Below, piece by piece: positions 38,337 to 48,202 of a stretch of 64,000 nucleotides of DNA (positions are counted from its first letter, which is position 1; each line of letters starts with the position of its first letter). Origin of the DNA: a virus (Duplodnaviria; Caudoviricetes); the IMG/VR virus record IMGVR_UViG_3300024521_000001, positions 32,001-96,000 of that record; one strand, written 5' to 3'. The notes under the pieces were generated by a model. That model saw only the letters and a list, made by a program, of their open reading frames with translations, was not told the DNA's origin and ran no database searches. The position numbers and the translations under genes are program-made.

Positions 38337-39251
38337 CTAGTCGGGGGCCACTTTCCCTTCTTTACGAAGCTCGGCAGCAGCGGCCTGTGCCGCTTGCTTG
38401 GTTGTCAAGGCGCTACCGCCATCTGCTTCCTTGCCGAGCTGCTCTAGTCTCGTTTCAACGGGGCCTTTACCCATGCTTGCCGCCCCATCGTTGTCTAATG
38501 GAAACTGCATCTTGGACTCAATCTTCGTCCGTTCATCCTTGCGGGCAGCTTCGATCTTTGCGTCCACTCGCTTGTCGCTCACATAGAGATCGTAAGCGTT
38601 CTTGAAGTCCTCCTGGGACCCGACCATCTTCCTTTCGGTCGCATACTTGATGAACTCTTCACGGTCCAGGGCCGCACCGAACTCTGTGTTGTGGTTTTGA
38701 TTGAGATCCATCAAAAGGAACACATTGTCGTAGATGTTGCCTGCGAGTCGATTACCACCCTCCATCAACATTTTTTCAGCCTCTTCCTGGGTGAAGGCAT
38801 CTCCATTGGACGCGACATTTTTCAGTTCCTTGACTTCCGCACGAAGGCCTGTGAGTTCCTTCAGCATCTCGCCTTCTTCTCCAGCTTCAAAGTTCCCCGA
38901 GCGAATTTTGTCTTCAAGCTGAGTGATCTTTTCATCCCTTTCGGTCAACTTCGATTCCATGCCCTCTCGGGCAGAGACATTGTCCTTGACGACCTTTTCC
39001 GCATCCTCTTTCCACTTGCTCCACTTTTCAGATCGGTCATTGACCTCGGTCTCTTTCTTTGTGAGTTCGTCTTCTTTGGTCTTCAGCTCCTCCTTACCCT
39101 CATTCATCTTCCGGTCGTAGTCGGACTGACGGAGCCAACCAGCCTGAAGTTCATCCGGAGCGTTCTCCATAGTCTTGAGGAGCTGGCTCCGATAAGCGTC
39201 AGTCATGTCAGTTTTTTCGATAAATTCTTTCAGTTCTGGTCTCAAAGGCAT
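38337..39251 (-). CDS. Scaffolding protein
   Basis: LRQSDYDRKM motif, E/K coiled coil, upstream of MCP. Confidence 0.8.
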   Translation of the reverse strand: MPLRPELKEFIEKTDMTDAYRSQLLKTMENAPDELQAGWLRQSDYDRKMNEGKEELKTKEDELTKKETEVNDRSEKWSKWKEDAEKVVKDNVSAREGMESKLTERDEKITQLEDKIRSGNFEAGEEGEMLKELTGLRAEVKELKNVASNGDAFTQEEAEKMLMEGGNRLAGNIYDNVFLLMDLNQNHNTEFGAALDREEFIKYATERKMVGSQEDFKNAYDLYVSDKRVDAKIEAARKDERTKIESKMQFPLDNDGAASMGKGPVETRLEQLGKEADGGSALTTKQAAQAAAAELRKEGKVAPD

Positions 39252-39438
39252 CGTTTCAACTCCTTCAGCTTCCTTTCGCTTTCCCCGAAGGGATTGCGCG
39301 AGAGGTTGCGCATTAGGGATTAAAAATATTTAATCTGGAGAAGGACTATGCTAGGATGGGTTTTCCTATTACCCCATCTGGAGTCCTTCTCCGGATCAAC
39401 TGCCCTGGGGGAACCATTCCCCCGGGGCTTTTGCGTTT

Positions 39439-39990
39439 TTACACGCTTACAGGAACCTTCGTTCCCATATTTACTGCTGGCATCGCACCCAACGGCGGTT
39501 GTTCGGGTTTAGCTCCACCGACCTGATCTCTAGTGACCTCTTCTCTCATAGTGGCGATAAAATAGCGAATATCAGGGAGAAGTTCTGGAAAGTCCACCTT
39601 CGCCAGTTCCGCTTCCAGGGCAACCGCTGTCTGAATCGCACCACCTGAATCTGGCATAGCATCCAGGGGTGTAGCCGGTACCGCAGTCCCCGATTCCGAT
39701 ATCTTCTTCGTCAGCTTCGTGATCAGCCCATCGGCGACGGGAGCAAGTCCCGGTTTCATTTGGACCAGTTTCGCGGCGAGCGAAGTAATAAGATTCAGAT
39801 TGGGTTCTCCAGGGATTTCCCCCGGAAGTCCTGGGGGTTGCTGCGCTCCTGGCGGTGCTGGAGCTGGACCTGGAGCTGGTTGCGCACCTAACTGCGCTCC
39901 GGGAGTTTGTTGAGCTGGTCCCGGCGGCTGCATTTGCGCTGCCACATCCAGTGACGGTGGGGGCGGGATGCCTAGATCGGTGTAAGCCAT
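39439..39990 (-). CDS. Pro-rich head-module protein
   Basis: Between portal and scaffold. Confidence 0.6.
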   Translation of the reverse strand: MAYTDLGIPPPPSLDVAAQMQPPGPAQQTPGAQLGAQPAPGPAPAPPGAQQPPGLPGEIPGEPNLNLITSLAAKLVQMKPGLAPVADGLITKLTKKISESGTAVPATPLDAMPDSGGAIQTAVALEAELAKVDFPELLPDIRYFIATMREEVTRDQVGGAKPEQPPLGAMPAVNMGTKVPVSV

Positions 39991-40005
39991 GTTAGAAGGT
40001 GCTCC

Positions 40006-40227
40006 CTAGTAGCCCTTCCCCATTCCCTTACCGGAGTCTCCACCTCTCTCACCGCCTGGCCGCTTCTGGTTCACAGAAATCGGCTCAGGAGAGTGCGGGC
40101 AGAACACGGCCGGGGAAGTGAATCCATCGGGAGACGACCCCGGAGGGTAGGTCCCTGGATCGTGACCGGGATAAGCGGCCGGGGTAACGAGATCGTGACC
40201 GCCGCCTTTCTTGTTGCTGTAAGCCAT
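40006..40227 (-). CDS. Small hypothetical protein
   Basis: GGAGG RBS; packed in operon. Confidence 0.55.
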   Translation of the reverse strand: MAYSNKKGGGHDLVTPAAYPGHDPGTYPPGSSPDGFTSPAVFCPHSPEPISVNQKRPGGERGGDSGKGMGKGY

Positions 40228-40233
40228 TGCTTT

Positions 40234-40452
40234 TTACCTCCTGTTGTGTCGCCCTTTTGAGCGACGGGTTTTCCGTCGCGTTTCCCGAGTCGCTTTGCGC
40301 TGCTCGGAAGCTGCTATTGCGGTAGCTACCTTTACGTCCCTGACGATTTCACCACTACCGCCATGGTGAAGTGTTCGGTTGCCATACTCGCCCATGACCC
40401 TCTTGAATTTCGGGCCAACTGGCATTTTCCCTTTGGGCGGTTGTTTAGCCAT
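40234..40452 (-). CDS. Small basic protein, DUF6496-like
   Basis: KFKRVMGEY..TLHHGGSGEIV..AIAASEQRK; R-rich tail. Confidence 0.65.
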   Translation of the reverse strand: MAKQPPKGKMPVGPKFKRVMGEYGNRTLHHGGSGEIVRDVKVATAIAASEQRKATRETRRKTRRSKGRHNRR

Positions 40453-40466
40453 ACACTTCTATTCTC

Positions 40467-40485
40467 AGCATAAATAGCTTGTCAA
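40467..40485 (-). promoter_or_regulatory. Promoter-like motif TTGACA-N7-TATGCT
   Basis: TTGACA agctatt TATGCT gagaatag; one of five. Confidence 0.6.
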
Positions 40486-42380
40486 GCTAGTTGCAGTAAA
40501 TTCCCTATGTTTTGGGAGCCTTTTCCTCCGGGCCCGCCTGCTCCTCCTCCTGCCTGTTGAGCGAGCATTTGACTCAGAGCCATCCTGCGAATCATGGCTA
40601 CTTCTTCTTCGCCCAACTCCTTCATGACTCTCTTGTATTCGTTCTCCATTCCAAGTTTCCGGAACAACGCTTGCGTGCTGTACCTTCCTTCCTTGGCTAA
40701 GGCGAAAGCCACAAGAGCTTCTTTCTCGCGGGTAGCATTGAGTGTGCTTCCTTGCGCCATCAGAAAGACGAACTGCTTTCTGTGATCTCTGGGATGGATG
40801 CCATGGGGAACCATCGTTCCCGGATCCCAATCAAAAACGTCCTCGAAGGTCACTCCGTCAGAACCCAAAAGGAACATTCGCCGCCGCACGTCATAGAACT
40901 GCATGAAATTGGAGATCATCTGTTCGCCCATCTCCCTCAGTGCCACTTCCATGTAACGACCCCGGAGCCTCATGATGGTCTGTTGGTTTTCTCTGAGCTG
41001 CTCCAAGGTGTTTCCAGCTGGCGTGATTTTCTTGCGGGACAATCCTCCAACATCGAGTAGGCCCGAATCGTCATCCATTTCCTGCTGAGCATAGAGAAGT
41101 GTGTTTTGAACAAAACTTGGTAGATCAGGAATCCGACCATACTGTGGCGCAGCGGGGGACTGTGGGCTGTACCCAATCTTGGCGTTGGGCATATTCGGAT
41201 CCATCTGTGCCTTGACCGCGTAGCTGAAAGCGTTGTCCGGGAAGATGAGCGGAGGGTTGACTGCCTTCTTGATCATATCCAAGATCCCGGCCAGGACCGT
41301 GTTGACGATATCCTGCATCGGGATCTTGGTACGCAATTCGCTGACACCATGAAATTGCCAGGGGACCGGCTTGAGTCGAACCGTAATGAAAGGGTAACGA
41401 CCGTGCCAGTAAGGATTAGGACCATCGTACATCAGATCGAACTCGTCCCCACCCGTGATGATGAGTCTGCCACGAGGGTAGAGCTGGTTCCCAGGTTCAA
41501 CTCGATAGGCCCAATTCGTATCAGTCGGACCCATGATCACAGCATTATCGCTGGTATTGAGTTGATAATCTTTAATCCAAAACTCTGTGTATGGTGCTTG
41601 TTGAAGGACACCTGGGAGATACTGAGGGACTCCACCAATAACTCGCTTCATCTGAGGAGACAGAAGCTCAAAGGCATGCTGGCCGACATACTTGGGCCGC
41701 GAGAACGGACGAGCGTAACTGCTGTGCTCAACGCTTGGTTTTACTTTCCATCCGGCGAGGGGAAACCGCCTTTTGAAAAAGGACAGCGATCGGCTCGTTC
41801 TATAAACAACCCCTTCCCAATCCTGTAATTCATAGCTTGGTCCTATTGGCATCACTTCAGCGATACCAAGTGGGACCAGCTGAAAGTCACCTTCTCCACC
41901 CATAAGGCTGGAGTTCCAGACAATTCTCAAGAAGCCGGTACTGAGGTAGGCGTGAATGGTCGCCATGGCTAGCTTCAGGTCATTGTCCTGCATGAGCCAC
42001 CACGCTTTTGTGGTCTTTGAGTAAATTTCAGCTTGTTCGTGGTAGATAGAATTGAGGGCCTGGACTTCGAAGGTGGGTCGAACATCGGTCAGAACGGCTG
42101 TCACTTCCTCAAGCTGTCTCAGTAGACGGTTGTTGATTGGTGCAGCCTTATAAGAGGGTCTCTTGGTAGGCCACTGGTTCCCCATCAAGTAGGAGATGTG
42201 TTGATCTATCTGGCGTACTTCCTCAGAAGCCGACATGTATTGCCAAGCCTGTTCATGGGCGGTGTGGCAATAGTCCTTTAGCCTCTTCTCCTGCTTCACT
42301 GGATCGAGTCCTGGCTGGTACTGGAGAAGCTCCCAGGGCTGTTCTGGAATTGTGTCGTCTAAATTGTCAAATACTGCCAT
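40482..42380 (-). CDS. Portal protein (podovirus type)
   Basis: 632 aa; YLMGNQW..NNRL; YDGPNPYWHGRYPF; downstream of terminase. Confidence 0.9.
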   Translation of the reverse strand: MAVFDNLDDTIPEQPWELLQYQPGLDPVKQEKRLKDYCHTAHEQAWQYMSASEEVRQIDQHISYLMGNQWPTKRPSYKAAPINNRLLRQLEEVTAVLTDVRPTFEVQALNSIYHEQAEIYSKTTKAWWLMQDNDLKLAMATIHAYLSTGFLRIVWNSSLMGGEGDFQLVPLGIAEVMPIGPSYELQDWEGVVYRTSRSLSFFKRRFPLAGWKVKPSVEHSSYARPFSRPKYVGQHAFELLSPQMKRVIGGVPQYLPGVLQQAPYTEFWIKDYQLNTSDNAVIMGPTDTNWAYRVEPGNQLYPRGRLIITGGDEFDLMYDGPNPYWHGRYPFITVRLKPVPWQFHGVSELRTKIPMQDIVNTVLAGILDMIKKAVNPPLIFPDNAFSYAVKAQMDPNMPNAKIGYSPQSPAAPQYGRIPDLPSFVQNTLLYAQQEMDDDSGLLDVGGLSRKKITPAGNTLEQLRENQQTIMRLRGRYMEVALREMGEQMISNFMQFYDVRRRMFLLGSDGVTFEDVFDWDPGTMVPHGIHPRDHRKQFVFLMAQGSTLNATREKEALVAFALAKEGRYSTQALFRKLGMENEYKRVMKELGEEEVAMIRRMALSQMLAQQAGGGAGGPGGKGSQNIGNLLQLA

Positions 42381-42747
42381 GGGATTTCTTTGCTTGTTCC
42401 TGTCGTCGGTATTCGCCTGGGCTCATGATTATTTTTGAGCCAGGGATTTCTTCAACCTTCGGTGGTCTGGACACTTCTATCTCGGCATCACACCCATACT
42501 GATTGCAATAGAACACAACATCTCCGTTTTCTCGGAGGTAGATCACATCGTAGGCGACTCGTTTTTGTCGACGGTCACATTTCGGGCAGATGAAAGTCAT
42601 GTACTCGGAGCCTTCTTCCTTGTACCGCATGATCCGCTTCATCATGCGACCCGTAACGGTGTCCTTATACTTTTCTTTGCGGTCGACCAGGCCCCCGCCA
42701 CTGTTGGTGATTTTCAGGGCTGTCGCATGAAGAACGAGTCGCGTCAT
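42367..42747 (-). CDS. Zn-ribbon protein
   Basis: CPKC..CNQYGC. Confidence 0.6.
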   Translation of the reverse strand: MTRLVLHATALKITNSGGGLVDRKEKYKDTVTGRMMKRIMRYKEEGSEYMTFICPKCDRRQKRVAYDVIYLRENGDVVFYCNQYGCDAEIEVSRPPKVEEIPGSKIIMSPGEYRRQEQAKKSHGSI

Positions 42748-43103
42748 CGGCCCTTTCTCCCCGCATCGAAATAGGTGCGGTTCGCTGTGTCTTTGTGCCT
42801 GAATCGCTGGTTGTGAGGTTTGGTTCCCTCGGAGATTAGGTTGGGATCAGCGATCTGCTGCACTCCAAATCTGTTTTGAAGGTGACTCAGATCTTTTTGA
42901 GTGCGCACTTTCAGCGGTTTTCCTTCAGGATGAATGTGAGTCGTGGTGAAAGGCTCAAAGGGAGCGTTGACCGCTGTACTGAACAGCATTTCCATACGCT
43001 CCCCACAGCAGCTCGGCCAGATTGGTTCTGGGTCGAATTGCACGTTGGGAACGTCGAGTTCCTTACGTCCACATTTTGAGCACTCAAAATCCCAAATGGG
43101 CAT
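42744..43103 (-). CDS. FmdB-like Zn-ribbon protein
   Basis: MPIWDFECSKCG..CCGERM..FS. Confidence 0.75.
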   Translation of the reverse strand: MPIWDFECSKCGRKELDVPNVQFDPEPIWPSCCGERMEMLFSTAVNAPFEPFTTTHIHPEGKPLKVRTQKDLSHLQNRFGVQQIADPNLISEGTKPHNQRFRHKDTANRTYFDAGRKGR

Positions 43104-43105
43104 GA

Positions 43106-43726
43106 TTAAGCGGTCTGTTCCGCTTGCTTGTCCTTTGGCTGCTCGATATAGAGACCCCGGAGGTACTCTTCAAATTGCTGATTGGCAAATTCCTGAAGCG
43201 GAATCCCCATGCCCTGCGCGAAGTCCTTGAAAGACTCGGCGCACCACTCAGGCAACTGGATCACGATCTGATCATCCCGGAGAGCCAATCCATCGACCGC
43301 TGATTTCCCTTGAGCGTCTTTGATAGCACCCTGCGCGATCTTGAGCTCCTCTTTCATGGAGAAGATTGCCCCAAAGAGATCAGATGGCCCTGTCACGTCC
43401 TGTCCCAGAAGTTTCTGGATGCGATCACGGTTCTCCTGATCGACGACGAGGACCTGGCCGGCGTATTCTCGTGCTGGTTCCTTCTCCTCCTCCGGAGCTG
43501 GCTTCACTTCTTCCTGGGCCGGTACAGGCGTCTGTACTCGCTCCGGCTTTCCGAATTTCGCGTCGGCCCGCTTGATCGCGTCCTGCATATCGCCGGTATC
43601 GTTGAACATGTGGCCTGCGTCACAGAAAGTCCCAAACACGCCCTCGCGGTTTTTGAGATAGTTGTCGTTAATGCCCCCGAAGCGGCATGTTGGACAAAGA
43701 ACTTCAGATACGGTTACTCCTGGCAT
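43106..43726 (-). CDS. Hypothetical protein with N-terminal Zn finger and C-terminal RHH-like segment
   Basis: CPTC..CDAGH; IVIQLPEW..FAQGMGIPL. Confidence 0.55.
   Translation of the reverse strand: MPGVTVSEVLCPTCRFGGINDNYLKNREGVFGTFCDAGHMFNDTGDMQDAIKRADAKFGKPERVQTPVPAQEEVKPAPEEEKEPAREYAGQVLVVDQENRDRIQKLLGQDVTGPSDLFGAIFSMKEELKIAQGAIKDAQGKSAVDGLALRDDQIVIQLPEWCAESFKDFAQGMGIPLQEFANQQFEEYLRGLYIEQPKDKQAEQTA
43522..43537. promoter_or_regulatory. 16-bp near-palindrome copy 4
   Basis: GTACAGGCGTCTGTAC inside a CDS (encodes VQTPV). Confidence 0.55.
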
Positions 43727-43741
43727 AGTGCCTCCTTCTTA

Positions 43742-43760
43742 ATTGTGCGTGTCGCGTCAA
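43742..43760 (-). promoter_or_regulatory. Promoter-like motif TTGACG-N7-CACAAT
   Basis: Intergenic, just ahead of an AAGGAGG RBS. Confidence 0.45.
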
Positions 43761-43763
43761 CCC

Positions 43764-44312
43764 CTACTCGACGATTTCCATTCTCGCCGTGGGCGCACGC
43801 AGTTTCTTTCCCTTCAGCTCACATGGAACGCCTAGGGCGATTGACGGGGTAAAAGGGTGAAGGTAATACGCCTGCTTGAAGCCCGTCTTGGAGTTTCCTG
43901 AGAGCTTCTGTCCACACTTGGGACAATAGGCATCCGGGAAAATCGGAGCGTCGATGAATTGCGGAACAGCAAGTTTTGATTCCTGTCCACCGTACATCTT
44001 CTCGGACAACTCCTGGCGTTCCTTCCGGATCTTTTCCTGGATTCCAGTTGTGGGTGCAGCTGCTTCCTCAACGGCGGGAATGACCTCCTCGGTTGTGCTG
44101 GCCGGGGGTTCCAACTGGTCGATCTTTTTTGCCCCGTTGGTCACTGTTTCTGGCTCCGGAGCTGCTTCCGTTTCGGGGGCCGCTGCCGTTTCGACCTTCT
44201 CAGGTTCGGGCTTTGCTGCCTTGGCCTTGGTAGCCTTCTTGGTCTTTTTCTGTGGCTTTTCTCCAGCTTCTTCGGGACTGACCTGGGCCATGTTTCCTGT
44301 CGCTTCTGCCAT
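43764..44312 (-). CDS. Hypothetical protein, disordered N-terminus and Zn finger
   Basis: E/A/P/K-rich; CPKC..H..C. Confidence 0.6.
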   Translation of the reverse strand: MAEATGNMAQVSPEEAGEKPQKKTKKATKAKAAKPEPEKVETAAAPETEAAPEPETVTNGAKKIDQLEPPASTTEEVIPAVEEAAAPTTGIQEKIRKERQELSEKMYGGQESKLAVPQFIDAPIFPDAYCPKCGQKLSGNSKTGFKQAYYLHPFTPSIALGVPCELKGKKLRAPTARMEIVE

Positions 44313-44321
44313 GTTTTCCTC

Positions 44322-46268
44322 CTAAAGTAGATTAAAAGTGGATTCTTTCCCGTATGCGTTGTCTGGATAGCGATCATGAATGGGAGAGTAATCCGTGTTG
44401 TGAAAGTCCTTGCGGGGGTCCCGCATAACTACGCTCTGTTTTTCTTCCAACAGATCCGGATGGACCTGTCCGAGACATTTGGTAGCGATCATTCCTGCAA
44501 AGAGGGCATCATCGAATGTTCCCGCTCGGGCCTCGTAGCGATTATCACCTGAGTCGATGAAGGTCCAGCACTCATTGAGCAGCCGTTGTGAGCGAATGTG
44601 GAGCAAATCTTCATCCATCATCGTCTTGAAATTGTCGATCAAAGCATTGCGGCTGCGCGTCTGAGTCACCCATCCGAAGTAGTTGGTGAGATGCCCTTTC
44701 GTTTTATCTGCCCACCGCCAACGGTAGAGGTTAGGATACTTCAAGTGGTGAAGTAAACTTTCCAGAACCGTTTGAATGTTGTACTCGACGGAGAACTGAC
44801 AGGTGTTGTAGAGAAAGCCCAGGGCTGCGATCCGTCGAGCAAAGGGAGTTCCCCCCTTGTGGCCTCTGTACTCAGCGACCTGGGGAATCGGCAAGTGGGT
44901 TTGTGTGACTCTCCACATCGAAGCAGCTGAGTAATCCTTGCCTGGAACGCCATGGCCCGGGTCAGCTCCCCCGTAATAGACCTTGTTCATCTTTGGAAAT
45001 TCCCAAATCCAAAGAGGAGCATCGTTCATATTCCCGTACTCAATCAACTGAGGCGTTTTCTGCCCATTCTTCTGTGTGACCAGCTCGATATCTCCAAACC
45101 AGACCGGCTTGCGAATGTAACGCTTTTGGATCCTTCGCAGTTTCCTCTGTTCCCAGGGGATCGTCCCTTGGACTCGAAAGGCTGCTTCCGGAAAGGACGG
45201 ATACTCCTGCTCAACCATTTCGGGGTCCTGGTCGACAGCCTCAAAGTCAGCAGCGGTTTCCCTTCTCCAGTTCAACTGCTCCCGGCTCAGCTCGACTCCG
45301 TTATCCTCTCGGATCTTGAGGACCAGGTCCCTCTCGTCCTCGGTAGCTTTGAAATCATCTCGTTCCTCTCTGTTGACAAACGGCTTGCTGTATTCCTTCT
45401 GCTTCCACCAGGGACAGAACTTCGGCCTCCAGCTCAAAGCTCCTTGCTCGGCACGCTGATAGAGACGATGGTAAGGATCTTCTATGCCCTCAGCAGTTCC
45501 TTCCATGACCCAGACAGACAGCCTGTTCGCTTTGGTAGCTGCAGGAAACAGATCTCGAGTGAGGATCTTCAGGTCGCGCCACAAGCTGATCTCTGTCAGG
45601 TGTCCATTTTGCAGGGTGAAGCCACGACTTGATCCAGTCGGTTTATTGGCCGCATCCACGAAGAAGTTAGAACGGAGGCCTGGGCGTTCCAACCGCTGTT
45701 TCTTATCTTTCCGATCGAACCGCATGAACTCACCATGCACTTCGTACTGGATCTCGGGACGCAACCACCAGGGCAAACAATCGTAGGCCAACCGGCTCAT
45801 ATCGAAGATATGAGAGGAGCGAATCCGCTCGTCGGCAATCACTAGACTATTCGTGAGTTCGTTGAAGATAGTCCGGTAGAAAATCATGGCCTGGACCATC
45901 GTAGACCAACCGATTTGACGAGCTTTGAGGAGAATCCATTTGATGGGAATGTTGGCTTCCCAGGATTCCTCAACGTCTTCCCAAAGGATCTCCTGGCTCT
46001 CCCAGAGGGGATAGAGTGTAATCAACTTAGGTGCGCTGTACTCGTCACCCTTCGTGGCGATCACATGATAGTTTTCAAGGTAGTACCGGACGTTCTCCGG
46101 GGCATTTCCGTAGATACGTCCCAATTCCCTGTTTAGCGTTCTGCTTTCGTCTGGAAGGAGGTTCTGCCAACACGAACGAACATCCCCATCGAAGCCTTTG
46201 AGCTTCTCATCGAAATGCTCGATGATCCCTTCAACGTACTTATCTTTCCTTTGAACAACGTGCGGCAT
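44322..46268 (-). CDS. terL: Terminase large subunit
   Basis: LKARQIGWST Walker A, HLTE, EGTAEG, QEYP..PEAAF, GGADPGHG..DYS, FDDALFA. Confidence 0.93.
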   Translation of the reverse strand: MPHVVQRKDKYVEGIIEHFDEKLKGFDGDVRSCWQNLLPDESRTLNRELGRIYGNAPENVRYYLENYHVIATKGDEYSAPKLITLYPLWESQEILWEDVEESWEANIPIKWILLKARQIGWSTMVQAMIFYRTIFNELTNSLVIADERIRSSHIFDMSRLAYDCLPWWLRPEIQYEVHGEFMRFDRKDKKQRLERPGLRSNFFVDAANKPTGSSRGFTLQNGHLTEISLWRDLKILTRDLFPAATKANRLSVWVMEGTAEGIEDPYHRLYQRAEQGALSWRPKFCPWWKQKEYSKPFVNREERDDFKATEDERDLVLKIREDNGVELSREQLNWRRETAADFEAVDQDPEMVEQEYPSFPEAAFRVQGTIPWEQRKLRRIQKRYIRKPVWFGDIELVTQKNGQKTPQLIEYGNMNDAPLWIWEFPKMNKVYYGGADPGHGVPGKDYSAASMWRVTQTHLPIPQVAEYRGHKGGTPFARRIAALGFLYNTCQFSVEYNIQTVLESLLHHLKYPNLYRWRWADKTKGHLTNYFGWVTQTRSRNALIDNFKTMMDEDLLHIRSQRLLNECWTFIDSGDNRYEARAGTFDDALFAGMIATKCLGQVHPDLLEEKQSVVMRDPRKDFHNTDYSPIHDRYPDNAYGKESTFNLL

Positions 46269-46876
46269 TAAGCGTCAGCTCCCACGCCCATCTTTTCGAT
46301 TTTCTCTTTCAGGTCCGTGTACTCATCATCCGACATGCTTGGGCTCTCCGCTTTCAGCTTGTCGAGTTCCTCGTGCATAGCTGCCGTTTCCTCATCAAAC
46401 GGATTGAAACTGCCCTCGCTCTGGACCAGGCGCCCGTGAAACTGATCTATCGCTTTGCGGGTAACTCCAAATTCCCTGGCGAGTTGAGCGTCAAGGGATC
46501 GAGCGATTGTGATGAAATACCAGCTGGTATAGAGAATGGCTGCTATCCCGGCAAAAAAGATTCCAGCTCCTACTCCCGCAACTCCTATAGCCAAGACAAA
46601 CCAACTGGCCGACGCGGGGATCGGCGGTAATTGAGCGAGGTTCATGACTATCGTCGATAAGACCGCCGGCATGACCAGCCAAGCACCATACAGGAGGGTT
46701 CCCCAAAGGAAGCACCAAAAGGCAACTCTAGGTAGGCCCGATCTAGCTACCTCTCTACCGATAGACTTCAACCATTCCCAGGGTGTAAAGGAATACCAAG
46801 CGGTGAGGGCCACACCGAGAAGCACTTGCAATATCTGGTGTCTGGATACGAAAGCTCGTACAGCTAGAAATCCCAT
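46268..46876 (-). CDS. Multi-TM membrane protein
   Basis: About three hydrophobic segments; between TerS candidate and TerL. Confidence 0.6.
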   Translation of the reverse strand: MGFLAVRAFVSRHQILQVLLGVALTAWYSFTPWEWLKSIGREVARSGLPRVAFWCFLWGTLLYGAWLVMPAVLSTIVMNLAQLPPIPASASWFVLAIGVAGVGAGIFFAGIAAILYTSWYFITIARSLDAQLAREFGVTRKAIDQFHGRLVQSEGSFNPFDEETAAMHEELDKLKAESPSMSDDEYTDLKEKIEKMGVGADA

Positions 46877-47514
46877 TCGGGTCCTTTCTCTTCTTCTACT
46901 TCCTCGACTGGATTGGATTCAATATCGACAACCTTGGCCGCGGCAATACTCTCTTCCTGTTCTTTGCGGAGCCTCCGAATCCGTTCCTCGAAGTCCTCGC
47001 CCTGTCCGACTATGGCGTTATTGGTCTGATTCACATTGACGACCGTGCCAACCACAGCCGGTTTCTGCTCCAGTGAGACGAGCTTCTGAAATTCTTTTAC
47101 GGCCTGGAGCATCATATTCCAGTCCTTCGCGGTAGCGGTGATGACCTTCCCTTTTGCTTGGTCAAAGAAAACGAACTTCTTATTGCCCGTCACCATATGA
47201 TCCAGAGCCTTGAGAACCTTGGAGTGAAGTTTGTCGCGGATCAGCTTGCGGATTTTCTCGTTAGCCAACTCCCCGTCGAGCCGGTCCCGCATGACTGCAT
47301 TTTGAACAAGGGTCTCGAACTTCTTTTCGTAGGCAAGAATATCTGCCCTTACCGTGCCTTCCTTGACCTCGTCTGCTACGGCAATTTGCTCGATCGTTTC
47401 CCCGTTCCTGTAGCGTTGATAGCGTTTCCCGGCCATCGTGTTTTCGGCTACGCTCAGTTTTTCCAGTTCTGCGTAATCGGGGGCAAGAGCCAGGGCTTCG
47501 TTGTTTTTAGCCAT
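46864..47514 (-). CDS. Terminase small subunit candidate
   Basis: N-terminal HTH (GETIEQIA..VKEGTVRADI), VVNVNQTNN..FEERIRRL C-terminus, upstream of TerL. Confidence 0.6.
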   Translation of the reverse strand: MAKNNEALALAPDYAELEKLSVAENTMAGKRYQRYRNGETIEQIAVADEVKEGTVRADILAYEKKFETLVQNAVMRDRLDGELANEKIRKLIRDKLHSKVLKALDHMVTGNKKFVFFDQAKGKVITATAKDWNMMLQAVKEFQKLVSLEQKPAVVGTVVNVNQTNNAIVGQGEDFEERIRRLRKEQEESIAAAKVVDIESNPVEEVEEEKGPEWDF

Positions 47515-48046
47515 TCTCTCTCCTGCACTCTTTGAGCTTCCTTTTTGCGTACGTCACTTGCTTTTGCAGCAATAAGATTTTCGATTTGTATTTCAACCGA
47601 ATCTGTGTGATCAGCTCCTTCTTGTGGCGGTGGAGGATATATTCGAGAAGTCCTTCAGGTGATAGAGCCAGAGTTCCTCTCTGGCACGCTTCACTCACAG
47701 CCGTTGCTTTCATTCCCAGGATACGAGCTGCCAGGCAAACCGGAATCTTCCGTACAGTATGGGGATTGATCCAGTCAGAGCGATTCCTACCCACGAGTCC
47801 GTTACTGCAATCGTTCTCAGTCATGAGACGATTCAGTTCTTCAAGACGAACCCGGATGAGTTTCGGTACGATTCTGTGGGGAATATGGAAAGCGCGAACG
47901 AAGCCTTCTTTGATGAGCCTCCTGAGTGTGGCGCGGGTGATTCCCAGGAGTACAGCCGCTTCTCCCTGGCTGACTGACCTATGCCTTTGCGTTACTTCAG
48001 GCGGGATCGGTTCAGGATACTCTACGTTGGTCGCCAATATGTTCAT
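47507..48046 (-). CDS. Excisionase-like HTH DNA-binding protein (two HTHs)
   Basis: VSQGEAAVLLGITRATLRRLIKEG; second VCLAARILGM..VSEACQRG. Confidence 0.7.
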   Translation of the reverse strand: MNILATNVEYPEPIPPEVTQRHRSVSQGEAAVLLGITRATLRRLIKEGFVRAFHIPHRIVPKLIRVRLEELNRLMTENDCSNGLVGRNRSDWINPHTVRKIPVCLAARILGMKATAVSEACQRGTLALSPEGLLEYILHRHKKELITQIRLKYKSKILLLQKQVTYAKRKLKECRRENG

Positions 48047-48061
48047 TCAGCCTCTATTCTG

Positions 48062-48080
48062 AGCATACTGAGGCTGTCAA
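48062..48080 (-). promoter_or_regulatory. Promoter-like motif TTGACA-N7-TATGCT
   Basis: TTGACA gcctcag TATGCT cagaatag; downstream of terminator, heads packaging operon. Confidence 0.6.
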
Positions 48081-48164
48081 GGGTAAACTTGAACTTGGTC
48101 AGGGGGATTGGTTAAGATAGTAATGTAAGTTCCCTAAGATATTCCCTATCCTGGGTGAACCACT

Positions 48165-48192
48165 GAACAGGCTCTCTTCGGAGGGCCTGTTC
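48165..48192. terminator. Strong hairpin after 48203-49801
   Basis: GAACAGGCTCTC-TTCG-GAGGGCCTGTTC. Confidence 0.65.
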
Positions 48193-48202
48193 TAATTTTA
48201 GC

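Noticed and set aside
44854-44872. Partial palindrome matches (also near 20097 and 46028)
   Set aside because: Only half-sites, compatible with chance
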